Origin: Octopus bimaculoides | Taxonomy: Eukaryota | Direction: 5' to 3' | NCBI RefSeq assembly: GCF_001194135.2 | Contig: NC_068984.1 | Span: forward strand, 89,787,096-89,828,045 | DNA: 40,950 bases | Program-made: the position numbers and the translations under genes | Shown: positions 23,328 to 36,463 of the stretch, in pieces | Numbering within the stretch: the first letter of the stretch is position 1 | Layout of the letters: each line of letters opens with the position of its first letter | Notes under the pieces: model-generated | The model's input: only the letters and a program-made list of their open reading frames with translations | Databases searched by the model: none | Told to the model about the DNA's origin: nothing

Positions 23328-23699
23328 GAGAGAGACGGAAGATGAAATATATGAGAGTTTTTATTAATCACTACAATAGTTTCGATCCGTCAAGGGTGGG
23401 ATACTTAACAACTGGTTCAGGAGCATCCTTCGTGTAGATATTTATATGTGCGAGTGTACATGCGTTATACAACCTAAGCGAAGGTATTTATACATCCATA
23501 TCCGTTAACGGTTATATTTAATACTTTTTCGTTGTGTTGTGTATTCCTTTCTTTTTTGCATCTGTTATATTTTATTATTGATCTTCGATAGAAATGAAGC
23601 TATATCCTTTTCTTTACGTGAGGAATTGGTGGTAGATGGGTCGAAACAATTGTAGTGATTAATAAAAATTCTCGTATCCTCCATTTTCCATCTCTCTCT
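23328..23699. repeat. ~370-bp element bounded by ~65-bp inverted repeats (MITE-like)
   Basis: The cores at 23358-23385 (tttttattaatcactacaatagtttcga) and 23641-23668 are reverse complements at 27/28 positions. Similarity extends outward to the gagaga/tctctc ends. Confidence 0.7.
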
Positions 23700-24869
23700 T
23701 TAACCACATATATGATTGATTGCTAAATTCACAAGTTTTTTATTCTCTCTCTGTTCATTTCCTCAAATACCTTTCTATTGAATTAGTATTATATAAAATC
23801 AACGTAATTCACTCAATCGGTTAGGGTCGTAAACCACTTGAAAGAGTTCAAAACCATAATTAAAAGTTGAAATCAATATTTTAGTTACGATATAATTTTT
23901 TATCTTTAGCATAAACAAAATTAACTTTCCTAAGGGCAACAACTATGTGTAATTTATTGTTAATTCTTTGTGAATTAAGAATTTTGCAATTCAGAATTAT
24001 GCTTGCTGTTTCCCCAACTTACATTACAGAAAGTGTATCAGATGTAATTCTGAGACATATTTTAAAGTATGATTTAATAGTGACGATTGTCCACTGAAAT
24101 ATTTCAAAACTTAATCTAAAGATGCTAAGTGTTTGATTGACTGAATCGCTTCTTATATACTATAATCATATTTAAAGTAAAGCAATTGTATAATAAATAT
24201 GCTCATCAACTATATATCAATAAAATTGTCTTCATAGTTAATTATCCTTAGCTTCACACCCATTTTCTATATATTTTATATTTAAATTAAATAGCATGAA
24301 AGTAGTTCGAACTATGGTTGTAGAATATGAAAAGGCGAAGAAAAAATAATGTTTCTCTTAATATTGTTTTCTTTAGCTCACCCTTCTCTTACTACAACAA
24401 CAACATCAGTACTAGAATTACTTCCTGCAAAAGGATCTATGCAACCTTAACTATGTAAAATCTTAAGCTTAGAAGCAACATTTATCGCTAGTTTAAATAC
24501 TTCACGTCTTGGAGCTTGAGCTTTCTGAAATGCAAAAAATGTATATGCCCAGGATAGAAAGTATGTGAATTTAGTAAAATAGGTAAAAGGAATGGACTTA
24601 GGTAACTATTTCTTTCTTCGAAATTACTTTCCAATCTTATCAAAAGCATGCACCAATGATGTCCGCTCTACTTCTTAGAATTATCAGCGAAATCTCTTAA
24701 AACAGTAGATTATGTAATCCGACTAACACACTGAAAAGGCTGGAAAGTTCCTGGTCATGCAATTCAGGCTTGATATGGGATTAGAAAATTCCATGGAATT
24801 AAAATAGGTGGGATTAGGAGGCCAGATTCTGGGGCTAATGAAATCGTTGGCCTACTCCGATGACGACTG

Positions 24870-24961
24870 CACGACACCCTAGGTGTGTGACTTCTTCTAT
24901 AACACCGGACTGACCAAAGCCTTGTGAGTGGATTTGATAGACAGAAACTGAAAGGAGCCAA
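24870..24961 (+). mobile_element. SINE fragment (same family as 1731-1889)
   Basis: It contains ccaaagccttgtgagtggatttgatagacagaaactgaaaggagcc followed by (TA)n. Confidence 0.65.
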
Positions 24962-24975
24962 TTATATATATATAT

Positions 24976-25869
24976 ATTAGGTCACCAAGTATGAAATTTG
25001 TAGAAAAGAAAAGAAATTTGATAATGTTTTATAAATACAGGGAATAGTTTTATTCATCAAAGTCTGACCCATATTGTCAGTACTCGTTTGCCATTTCAGC
25101 GGTAGCTTTCCAACCCGAAATTGTAAAAGCCTGGCAATCTAGAGTCAATAAAATCTTGGAGGGCCTGTTTTACAGCTTCGTCAGAATTAAATTTTTTCCT
25201 ATCAAAAAGTTATCCAAATTCTGGAAGAAGTGGTAGTCACTGGGAACAAGATCAGGTGAGTGTGACGGATGATGGAAAACTTCAAACTCCAACTCCTGTA
25301 GTTTCGTCAATGTCATTTTTGTGATCTGTGGTCTGGTGTTGTCTTGCAATAAAATAGGAGTGGATCTGTTGACTAATCAAGACTGTTTTTTTTTCTTGTA
25401 AGTTTCTGCCTCATTTGGTCCAGCTGGCTGCAATATACTTCGGCCGAATTGATGAGCCAGGTTTAATGAAATCATAATGGATCACACCTACGTTAGACCA
25501 CTAAACACACACCATCAGTTTCTTTTGATGAATTTTGCTTTTTGGACTGTGTTTTGGTGGCTCGTCTTTATCCAGCAATTGTGCTGAACGTTTGCGGTTG
25601 TTGTATTGGATCCATTTCTCATCACATGTTACAATTCAATTAAAAAATGATTCATTTTTGTGACGAGAAAGCAGCATAATCCAGGCTTCCAAACGTTACT
25701 GTTTCTGACTCGACGGTGGCTTTCAGTTCGTCATTATCCACCTTTGTTTCTGGTCGAGCGCGTTGCTCATTTGTGAGGTCAAAATTACCAGAACGAAATT
25801 TTGAAAACCAATTTGATACTGTCTGCTGTGTAATAACGTTAAAATGAAATACTCCATTAATATTCCGGG
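24976..25869 (-). mobile_element. Decayed mariner (DD34D-type) transposon, 5' part lost in gap
   Basis: The minus strand gives RNINGVF..TVSNWFSKFRSGNFDLTNEQRARPETKVDNDELKA, VTCDEKWI.YDNRKRSAQ, ILLQDNTRP and HHPSHSPDLVPSDYHFFQNLDNFL. A putative TIR (tattaggtcacc..) sits next to a (TA)n run. Confidence 0.88.
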
Positions 25870-26453
25870 NNNNNNNNNNNNNNNNNNNNNNNNNNNNNNN
25901 NNNNNNNNNNNNNNNNNNNNNNNNNNNNNNNNNNNNNNNNNNNNNNNNNNNNNNNNNNNNNNNNNNNNNNNNNNNNNNNNNNNNNNNNNNNNNNNNNNNN
26001 NNNNNNNNNNNNNNNNNNNNNNNNNNNNNNNNNNNNNNNNNNNNNNNNNNNNNNNNNNNNNNNNNNNNNNNNNNNNNNNNNNNNNNNNNNNNNNNNNNNN
26101 NNNNNNNNNNNNNNNNNNNNNNNNNNNNNNNNNNNNNNNNNNNNNNNNNNNNNNNNNNNNNNNNNNNNNNNNNNNNNNNNNNNNNNNNNNNNNNNNNNNN
26201 NNNNNNNNNNNNNNNNNNNNNNNNNNNNNNNNNNNNNNNNNNNNNNNNNNNNNNNNNNNNNNNNNNNNNNNNNNNNNNNNNNNNNNNNNNNNNNNNNNNN
26301 NNNNNNNNNNNNNNNNNNNNNNNNNNNNNNNNNNNNNNNNNNNNNNNNNNNNNNNNNNNNNNNNNNNNNNNNNNNNNNNNNNNNNNNNNNNNNNNNNNNN
26401 NNNNNNNNNNNNNNNNNNNNNNNNNNNNNNNNNNNNNNNNNNNNNNNNNNNNN

Positions 26454-26495
<42 letters not shown>

Positions 26496-28247
26496 CATAT
26501 ATGCATAAACATATATGTACATATGTGCGTATATACACACACGCACACACACACGCAAACACACACACTGACACTTATATATGTATATATATCCGTAAAC
26601 ACACATATACACGCACACGCATACATGTATGTGCGTCTGTGTGTGTGTGTGTGTATATATGCGTGTGGGGAATGTTCGTATGTACCAAGAGCTAGAGAAA
26701 TGAATTTGATCATAGTTTGCAAGCGAAGCACATTTATGGAGCTATGTGTAAGGCTATCTAATCATGTTTTTACATATAGAAACAAATTAACGCACATTTT
26801 AGGCTAAGATAAATTACAATATTATAAATAAAATGATAAGAGAAATAACTCGAACTAATGTCAAGAATTTTGATAATTATGTTTAAAAGTGATGTTCTAT
26901 GCAATATGTTCTCAATTCATCCAAATTTCCTCCTAAGATGCAGAAAATCTTGGCCAAAGATGTAATTAAAAGTTTTTCTGTACATAAAAACATACCCACT
27001 AATTTATTGACATGAGTAAACTGTACGATGATGAGGATCACGGGGTCAAATGGACTCAAATATGTTTTTAATTCTCTTTTGTCTGTAACCAAAGATCAGT
27101 TTGTCATTTCTCAAGCATTTGAATTCTGATTTTTTAAAAATTACCTCTCCTTTCTTTTAGAGTTGCTAACACATGCTGCGATGTAGGAAACATTGTTCGT
27201 CTAATTACAAATGACTCACCCCTTTCTGGCAGTCGTATTATTTCACACACGTTAAAATATGTTCTAAACACTTCACATAATCCTTCTCAGAATTACACCC
27301 CCTTATAATTCCCTCCCAGTCAAACATTTCTCATTAGTGAAAACCTACAGAATCATATACTAAACATCAACTGCATAGGTATTACTAATTTGGAAAAGCA
27401 TCTAAAGGTCAAAGGAACTGCTCCTCTTTCTTGCATTATGTAAATAAAAAAAGGAATTTAAATAAAAATGAGTAGGATCACCATCAAAAACCTCTGGTTT
27501 TCTAAAATTACGAGAATATGTAATAGATTCATTGATGGCGATTAAAAATATAGATAACTTATTGTTATAAATACCTTACTAATGTTATGATGAAATAAGT
27601 AACAAAGTAATGTATTACTCATTTCAAGGCAAAACACCGACATTCCTTGTGTCTAATATGATACCAATAGCTATCTTGAATAAAGACTTATGAAAGCGGA
27701 AGTTTGGATGATTTATCATCTTTAGTAAGTTGTTTTATATGTATCTATCTGTTGGTAACAATTATAGACTATTATTCATTTTTTAAACGTTTTCTTCATT
27801 ATGCAAAAACGAACAAGCTGAGATCACTGTGAGTAATCATATGACGAATATTTATGTAACATTCTCATTAGGAAAAATTCCTGGCAAAGTTCCATCACCT
27901 ATCTCATCATAGTAAATAAGTACTAACGCAAATAAAGTAGTTTCGTTCATGATGATGAGGAGTTACATGCGAAATTCAATTTCCATTCCACAATGCTGGG
28001 GTTTGGTTGGCTAACAATTATAATGGGATGGGGAGTTGAGTAATAAGAATATACATATACAAATACATAAACACATGCATACATATATGCATACTTATCC
28101 ACAGACACACACACTTGTACTCGAACACATACACATATATACCTACATATGAACCTACGTATAAGCATTCAATCATACAGGCATACATACAAACAACATA
28201 CATACATGCTTACATACATACATACATACATACATACATGCATACAT

Positions 28248-29726
28248 ATTCAGTTTGGTCAGGATAAATGTTGTTATATGGCTGTGAAAAGGGGAAAAAC
28301 TATAACCCAGACGAGTAACATCTCCATGAATGATTTGGCTTTTCCCCTGTATCTGACGAGGAATGTTACAGGTATCTAGGGGTGGATGAAAGCATATCTT
28401 ATAATGGCACATGTAGCAACACACCTGTCACTAAAGAATATTACAGCCGAATAAAGAACATTTAAAGCTCAGAACTCTTTGCATTTAATAAAATAGTGGC
28501 CCACAATGTGTTTGAAGTGCCAGTACTCATTTGGCTGCTTGATTGGACGCTTGATGAGATATGAGCCATTGATGTCAAAACCCGAAAACAAGGTGGCAGA
28601 GGCTTAACATCGATCCAAAATGCCTTTGAACGTCGTATCATATCCCTTCAGCAACATCTTTTAACCACCAAGAGTCGAAGTCCATCCCTTAACCAAGTAT
28701 GCATACATGAGGCTGATAACATCATAAAACTTGGAAGGCAGATCCTTGAGCAACACTCTTTGTCTGATAACATAGAATACATGCTCAAAATAGTCGCACA
28801 ACTTTACCACAGCGTATCATCAGATAAAAGGATGAGCCTATATGAGCAGAGATTATGCATGGATATGTTAGTAGAAAGCTCCGTGATGATAGTAACATCG
28901 ATCATCACAACAGTTTATTATGTACCAATAACCGGATTACTACCTCCCACTTTGAAGGGTATGCGTTTGGAATCCAGGAACAGGAAATATCAACCAAGTA
29001 CCTGATGCACAAAAGGAATAGAGATGCAGGAAAAGCAGTAGAATGTATCAACCGATGCAGACTTTGTGAAGTTCACACTGAAGATATCACCCACATGATA
29101 AGCAGTTGTCCGAAAATGTCATCATGGTATTATCTGCCGATGAGACATGACGTTCTAGCAAGGACATTGTATAACGAGATCCGTCGTAAGGATAACCCAG
29201 AGGACAAAGAAATAAGAACACACAGTATGGTCGAAGTCATAGCCACTCTTAATGAAAAGGAGTATTGATGGAATGTCCGTGTGAAGACTTCAATAAAATA
29301 CAAGCACAACAGACTTGATATAATGATTTGAGATAGAGAAGAGAAACTGTGTACAGTTGTGGAATTTAGCTGCCTAGCGGATGTTAACATAAAGCTGAAG
29401 ATCAGTGAAAAAGAGAATACCTACTCTGAACTATTGAGAACTCTGCAGTTACTCTAACCAAAGTACAAGGTCAGCTTTATACCTGTAATTACTAGGGCAC
29501 TGGGATATATAGCACACTGCATAAATACCAATTTTGAGAAATTATGCTTTACAAAACGAGAAAGGAGAAAGCTAATTCGAAGACTACAGATCCAATCCAT
29601 CACTGGAACTGTAAAAATCTATAAACATTTCCAGAAGTTTAGCATTTAAATATATACGAGCATGTCTAGATAGCAACCTTATGCATGTGAATGCATACAT
29701 AAAGCAAAACATAAAAATCTGCACAT
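28248..29726 (+). mobile_element. R4/Dong-like fragment D (RT end, CCHC knuckle, RLE), flanked by (TACA)n on both sides
   Basis: Fragments include IQFGQDKCCY, YLGVDE, HGYVSRKL, EGYAFGIQEQEISTKYL, CRLCEVHTEDITHMISSCPKMSSWYYLPMRHD, WNVRVKTSIKYKHNRLDI and SFIPVITRALG, with a stop at 29647-29649. (ACAT)n arrays lie at ~28196-28247 and 29727-29766. Confidence 0.88.
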
Positions 29727-30204
29727 ATACATACATACATACATATATACATACATACATACATACAAACAAAAATACCCTGTTGTTGATGTTGAAATTT
29801 TGACGAAGTAGCCTTATATCTAGGTTAGAGACCGGCACTTTCTCTATTGGTAAGGAATCTTGAAATAAAACTGAATAATTTCATACACACACACAAGCAA
29901 ACACACATAAACATGCTACTTTTATCTTGTTTCTTCTCACCAGTTTGTGCTGGATACATTAGGGTGAACATGTTGTTGAATATAAATGCACCCACTTGCT
30001 ACAGCTTGATGAATTCAAAGGATCTGGACAAAAGTCACATAATAATTGTATATTTTTACATAAACGCTGAATACTACTTATTTAATTTGTTTTATAAGAT
30101 TCCCTTCCGCTGTAGTATATACATGGTGGTGTTACCGTACATATGTCTCTTGTTCATACTCTACTGTAACATTAATTAAATCACAAAATCAACGAATCTC
30201 AAAA

Positions 30205-30350
30205 GGCATTACTGCGAGGTAAGAAGTTTGGTTCCCAATCAAAATGCTTTGGGGTTCCTTCCCATAGTGTGACATTTTAGGCAAATGTTTCCCATTAGAG
30301 CCATAGGGCGACCAGAGCCTTGTGAGTAGATTTCTTAGACGGAAGCTGCT
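30205..30350 (+). mobile_element. Diverged tRNA-derived SINE (same family as 1731-1889)
   Basis: It reads ggtaagaagtttggttcccaatc...gggcgaccagagccttgtgagtagattt..tagacggaagctg. Confidence 0.65.
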
Positions 30351-31159
30351 CTGTATATTTTTGTCTTTTATCCTTTACTTGTGTCATGTTGGGGAATCGC
30401 TTTGAAGAATTTTTAGTCGGATAAATCGACCCCAGTACTTATGCGTTTTTAGACTGGCACTCGTTCTATCGATCTTTAATTNNNNNNNNNNNNNNNNNNN
30501 NNNNNNNNNNNNNNNNNNNNNNNNNNNNNNNNNNNNNNNNNNNNNNNNNNNNNNNNNNNNNNNNNNNNNNNNNNNNNNNNNNNNNNNNNNNNNNNNNNNN
30601 NNNNNNNNNNNNNNNNNNNNNNNNNNNNNNNNNNNNNNNNNNNNNNNNNNNNNNNNNNNNNNNNNNNNNNNNNNNNNNNNNNNNNNNNNNNNNNNNNNNN
30701 NNNNNNNNNNNNNNNNNNNNNNNNNNNNNNNNNNNNNNNNNNNNNNNNNNNNNNNNNNNNNNNNNNNNNNNNNNNNNNNNNNNNNNNNNNNNNNNNNNNN
30801 NNNNNNNNNNNNNNNNNNNNNNNNNNNNNNNNNNNNNNNNNNNNNNNNNNNNNNNNNNNNNNNNNNNNNNNNNNNNNNNNNNNNNNNNNNNNNNNNNNNN
30901 NNNNNNNNNNNNNNNNNNNNNNNNNNNNNNNNNNNNNNNNNNNNNNNNNNNNNNNNNNNNNNNNNNNNNNNNNNNNNNNNNNNNNNNNNNNNNNNNNNNN
31001 NNNNNNNNNNNNNNNNNNNNNNNNNNNNNNNNNNNNNNNNNNNNNNNNNNNNNNNNNNNNNNNNNNNNNNNNNNNNNNNNNNNNNNNNNNNNNNNNNNNN
31101 NNNNNNNNNNNNNNAGAGAGAGAGAGAGATGTGTTTATGTTTGTGTCTGCGTTTATCCA

Positions 31160-31345
31160 CCGCTACCGCTTGAAAACCAGGATTAACTTGTTGATGTCCC
31201 AGTAATTTACCGGCTCAGCTAAAGAGTCCGGTTGAATAAGCCATACTTAAAAGAAAATAATAAGGTCCATTTGGTCGGCTAAATTCTTCAAGGCGGTGCC
31301 TAAGCATAACTGCAGTCCAGTGTCTGAAACAAGTAAAAGATAGAT
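31160..31345 (+). repeat. SINE-like interspersed repeat ending in aaggcggtgc...gaaacaagtaaaaga
   Basis: The 3' tail is shared with the copies at 6102 and 18838. Confidence 0.5.
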
Positions 31346-31810
31346 GTATACATTCGCGTATTACTTTCGTGAAACATGTTGAAGTTATTAACATTCATTT
31401 TCATATGTACTAAGATGTCTTAAAAAATTTCATTTCCAGATTACTTTCAGCTTTTGTTTGGAAAATGTTGGAAAGTCTATAACCTTCAACTCAGACATCA
31501 CTCCACTTAACATCAAATTATATCATTTTTATCGACAATATCACGTTTGAATGTATCTCTTTGTAATCTTTTATTCTTTCCCTCTTCGCTGCTCTAAATA
31601 CTTTTCTTTTGACTTCATTTCGGTTCATTCTTTTGAGGATTAACGTTCTGCAAGTTAATGTTCTCTTTGTAAAATAACTGAAACACATGTTACTAGCGTA
31701 TCTACTAAACCCCCACCTACCTCTATCAACCACCATTTAACTGCTGAATTTTGCTTCGTTCGCAATAGCACTGACTTGTTCTAAACTTAGACTCTCGTAT
31801 GTTACGGCTA

Positions 31811-31882
<72 letters not shown>

Positions 31883-33569
31883 NNNNNNNNNNTCTCTCTC
31901 TCTCTCTCTCTCTTTCTTCCTCTCTCTCTCTCTTTCTCCATCTCTCTCTCCCCTCGCTATATTTACAGCTTTCTCTTCATTTGCCACCCCACTTTTCATT
32001 AACTTTACTCCCTTGTCTACATTCACCTTTTCAAGTATTCTGCTCTTTCCTCTGTTTATTTTTCCATCTTATCTACCTTATAACTTTTATTCCCCTTTCT
32101 ATAATTTCTTTTGCAGCTTCTTTACACTTTCTCACTCTCACATAACCTGTAGCTCTGCAAACCTCTAAGAAAAAGCAATTTTGGCAGAACCGGCTGAGAA
32201 GAAATGTGTCTTCTTTATACAGCCTATCTAAAAGCTGTGTCACATCTCAGTGTAAATAATCAGCAAATGACAGTGATTCTTTGTTATGTAAAACAACTCT
32301 TCTAGTGTCACGATAAATCTAAAACACCCTAGTTTTTAACTGTGATTTTGTGCTGTTGAAAGTAACGAGATCATCGTGCTTCCATTAGTAATATTTTTGG
32401 AGGTGTCTAGGATCACTTGTGTTTAGTTGCCAGCAGCTCCAAAAATAGAGAAGTTTACCGAAAATTTTAAAATCTGGCACAATAATACACTTGCCTAAAC
32501 TAAATTGCTGGAATTATCTCGATATTTCCAGAAAATTGCTTTTAAAAAGTTATAGAGGTTTAAAGTTTGATGATTTTCACCTAGTCAGAAAACAGGATTT
32601 GATAGCTGTCATTTTGTGCCGTGACTGCATATTTTGTCAACATTCTGAAACTAGCACACATTGTCAATATTTGTAAACAACACGTGTTATGTCTCCAGTA
32701 ATTTTCTCTCATGTAAATAAATTTTATTTAGCTCTTATTTTTAACATACCTCACACCCATCAGTGTTTAATGAAAATGCGATAAACAGTACGTTACATGC
32801 GATAAACATTACAATTTTTAACAAAAAGATTTAGAAGAATTAGATTAAAATTCTCCGGTAATTATTTTTTTGTCATGTAAATAAGTGTTTATGTTAATTT
32901 AAAAGACAAAAATAATTTTAAATCTCTGAACGAGTGGTTGGCAAATAAACTTTAATTTAAAAGATTTATACAAAATTCTTATTTAGCTGTTATTTTTAGT
33001 ACATCTCACAACCACCACAATGCTCAATGACAAAAAGAAACAAATATTAAACAAACAACTTAAATATATTTAATTACAATTTATATATGCTTAAAAAGGA
33101 AATATTTAACTTACGGTTTTAATTCTAAAAATATCCTCCTCTGTTTCCAATATTTCCATACCAGAAGCGAAGTCATTGGAGGTTGCTGCCATAATCACAC
33201 AGAATACAGCCTCAAATTTCTTAACACGTTCTTCCCCGCAGATAAAAGACTTTTCAAAGACTGATCAGATTCGCTTGTTACTATGGCAACAGGCACGTTG
33301 AGAGACAAAAGAGTTCTCATGTTCCGCTTCTTACTCTCGAAACAGCCATGAATGTGTCTGTGGTTTACGATTGGCTAAAATTACTAAAATTTTCAAACTT
33401 TAATTACTAATGACTCTTTATTGATTTATAGCGAAAATTATTTTCACGTCATTAATTAGCCTACAAAAGAGTATCATTACACTGAATATGAAATTCATTC
33501 GAACAGAAAATTGATGCTGGCAGCCACTGGCAGCCAAACAGAAAAGATCCGGTGTCTATTCATCGGAGT

Positions 33570-33860
33570 AGTGCAGATTAGCTATCTAAATTGCATGAAG
33601 AGGATGTCTGTATGCAGGAGATTAAGGATGAGTAAAGAGCTGTATCATCTACATAAGAATTAATAGCGATAGTGAGCTGTACAGGAGAAAGTGTGTAGCA
33701 GGAATAACCGAACATTTGGGCAACCAGAATCGATAGAGTGTGAGTCAGAGAACTGACAAGAAGCTTCCAATCCAAGAACTGAAAGAGTACGATGCTCATA
33801 AGTAGTCAGCTTAGCCTCTGCATTCGAGGCACAATAACTTTTGATTGGAAATGATGCCAC
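33570..33860 (-). mobile_element. CR1/L2-like LINE RT fragment
   Basis: The minus-strand fragments ..SVLGLEASCQFSDSHSIDSGCPNV and AINSYVDDTALYSS resemble 'VVLDG.SS..F.INSGVPQGS' and 'IHSYADD.TL.SS'. Confidence 0.6.
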
Positions 33861-33894
33861 CGGTAAATCAACATGTATCGATATTCTATTCCTC

Positions 33895-34110
33895 TAAGGC
33901 GGTGAGCTGGCAGAATCGTTAGCACACCGTACGGAATACCATTGAGCATTTTGCCCGCCTTTACGTTCTGAGCTCAAGTTCCGCCGGGGTCAACTTTGCT
34001 TTTTATCGTTTCGGGAGTCGATAAAATAAGAACCAGTTGAACACTAGAATCGATTTAATCGACGTAACCCCTTCCCCAAATCTGCTGGCCTTCTGCCAAA
34101 ATTTGAAACC
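33895..34110 (+). mobile_element. tRNA-related SINE (single-head copy of the 11239 family)
   Basis: It reads taaggcggtgagctggcagaatcgttagcac...ttcggga gtcgataaaataagaaccagttgaacact...aaatttgaaacc. Confidence 0.8.
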
Positions 34111-35811
34111 GATATACTATTCTTCTGGAAGCTTAGAAACCGGTGCTTACAACACCCATCAACATATTCAAAATATCCATAGAAGAGATAATAGAGTTCA
34201 ATGCGACGAATATGCCTTAATCAGTTACTGATACCACATTTGGCTTACGGTAAGAAACAGAAACATTGTGCAGAATATCCATTTGCCCTATTCTTTCATG
34301 GACTATGCCATCCTTGCTCGAGCTCCATCAATCGCTCCACAATAAAATACAAAGCACAAAAGACTGAACTACATATCATTGAAGCTTATACACCGACTAC
34401 ACCTACACAACGAAAAAAATACTAAAAGTGTAAAAGTACGTGGATGAGCGGAAAGCACAGTTTGTTGCTGCAGCAAATTCCAATATTTACAGAGCTTGTT
34501 AGTACATGAAAAATAAGTTCCAAACAGCCATACATATAGAATATCTATGATCACTATTACAAAAGAATAAAAAGTTTTTAATGCTTAAAATCATCCCAGA
34601 TAAACAAAAAAATACTGCTGTGTCAATAGCTTCATTTAATCTTAAAGTATCGTGCACGCTACTGGTAACAGAGAAACATCAAGTGTTGAGCTATGAACAA
34701 GAGCAACAAATATTATCTACAGAAATGTTCTAGGTGTTAGAAAGATTGCAGCATATTCAGACACATTGACGCACATCCAAATATGCAGTAGCATTCTCTA
34801 ATAGGCGAGGAAGTTAAAACTGGAACTACAGATGTGTAGATCCCTCCAAGTAGTTTGGCTGGCAACCTACAGACAATAGTACTGTTCCTTAAGAGCTTCC
34901 CTCAACCAGATAATATATTCATTAAACTGAAAAAAATTGCTACAAAGAAAATGTATTGCTAACATTTACACGGCTCACGAGCTAGCCACCAGTGTATATA
35001 CACCGACAGAGCACAATTGAAAACTGCTTTACTAAGTTTGGGGTTAAAATCGAGTTGCTTAGAATTCGATGCATAAAAGGTACGAAAAATGGAATGTGAA
35101 AAGTTCAGCATAACGAGGTACAAATAAGCCAGTACCCAATAAAAATGAATCGCTACAGGTGAAAACAAGTGCAACATCAGAATAATTACGGGAAGATATA
35201 ACATAATAGCTCAGAGGTTAGAGAATATGAACAACTGGAAATGACAAAAGGCCAAACTTCTACTTCAAATGTCTGTGTTGTCCATGCATGAAGTATACCA
35301 TAGGTAAAATAACAATAATGGCTATTGAGATAAATACGTCAAAATTTTGAAGAGAGGAAATTAAATAAAAAATTAGTAGTTTCATGTTAGATTGGAAAGA
35401 AAAGCGAATTAAATCAAAGAAGGTTCACAAATGATTGGGGATTAAGGAAATAATTATAATGTTGTCTTAGCTTCTTAATTACCAACTAAAAGAAATCTCT
35501 AGTTTTCCTGTACTTTGGCAGCGTTATGCTAACTCGTATATTTCTCAGTTTAATTCCAAAACATTTTTGGGGAAGTGTAATACCTTCCTGCTTATTGCCA
35601 TATTGTTTCACTTGCCCTATATTTCAGCCACCATTGTGAGATTTGAGGCGAATTCTCCTTGTAATGACATGCTGGAACATATTTTGCACTTCTTCCTAGC
35701 TATTTTGCTTTGTGTTTTCTTTGTTCTTGTGACTTGTATTGCTGCTTGCTAAGGATTTAGCTTTTCTTTTCTTTCCTTCTTAGAAAGATAGCTACCATCA
35801 TAACAATAAAA

Positions 35812-35838
35812 CTACTGCTACTACTACTACTACTACTG

Positions 35839-35892
<54 letters not shown>

Positions 35893-35904
35893 TTACTGCG
35901 ACAG

Positions 35905-35963
<59 letters not shown>
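35812..35963. repeat. Compound (CTA)n-(CGA)n microsatellite
   Basis: Read directly from the sequence. Confidence 0.95.
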
Positions 35964-35964
<1 letters not shown>

Positions 35965-36400
35965 ATTATCTTGAAAATACATTTCTAAATCTTTGACAGA
36001 AAGAAATAACAATAACAAATGACAATTTCTCCCTAATTGGATATTTCACAGTCACAGACCCTCTTCCTTTTCATCAGTATGTTCAAAGCAAAAATAAAAT
36101 CAACAAATCTAATTGAAGTTCCCAAAATAACAATAATTAACAATTTCCATGAGAATGACTTAAAAACGACACGTATTTAAACGATTGCCAACAGACCATC
36201 ATCATCATCATTATCATTACCAGCAACAACATAAACAACAATGACGACGACCACAACAACAACGTCGGCGACAACAACAACAGCAAAAGCAATAAACCTT
36301 TCTTAATTCTTCACAAGAGCCCTTACAATATAAAATGCTTGTAAAATGTTTTACAAAACGGAAGTTATACATGTACAAACGCACACACAATATATATATG

Positions 36401-36463
<63 letters not shown>

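Noticed and set aside
32410-33550. Possible ~30-bp imperfect inverted repeat (ggatc..tgttt.g.tgccag) bounding a ~1.1-kb element
   Set aside because: The match is short and gapped and does not extend on either side, so it cannot be called without a copy search.
33895-33990. tRNA-like A/B boxes (also at 1830-1889 and 11239-11320)
   Set aside because: These are SINE heads. No complete cloverleaf or anticodon arm could be built, and they continue into SINE bodies.
34140-35300. Possible APE-type LINE endonuclease remnant (LHIIEAYTPT resembling 'IIQVYAPT')
   Set aside because: It rests on a single short motif with no other recognisable domains, which is insufficient support.
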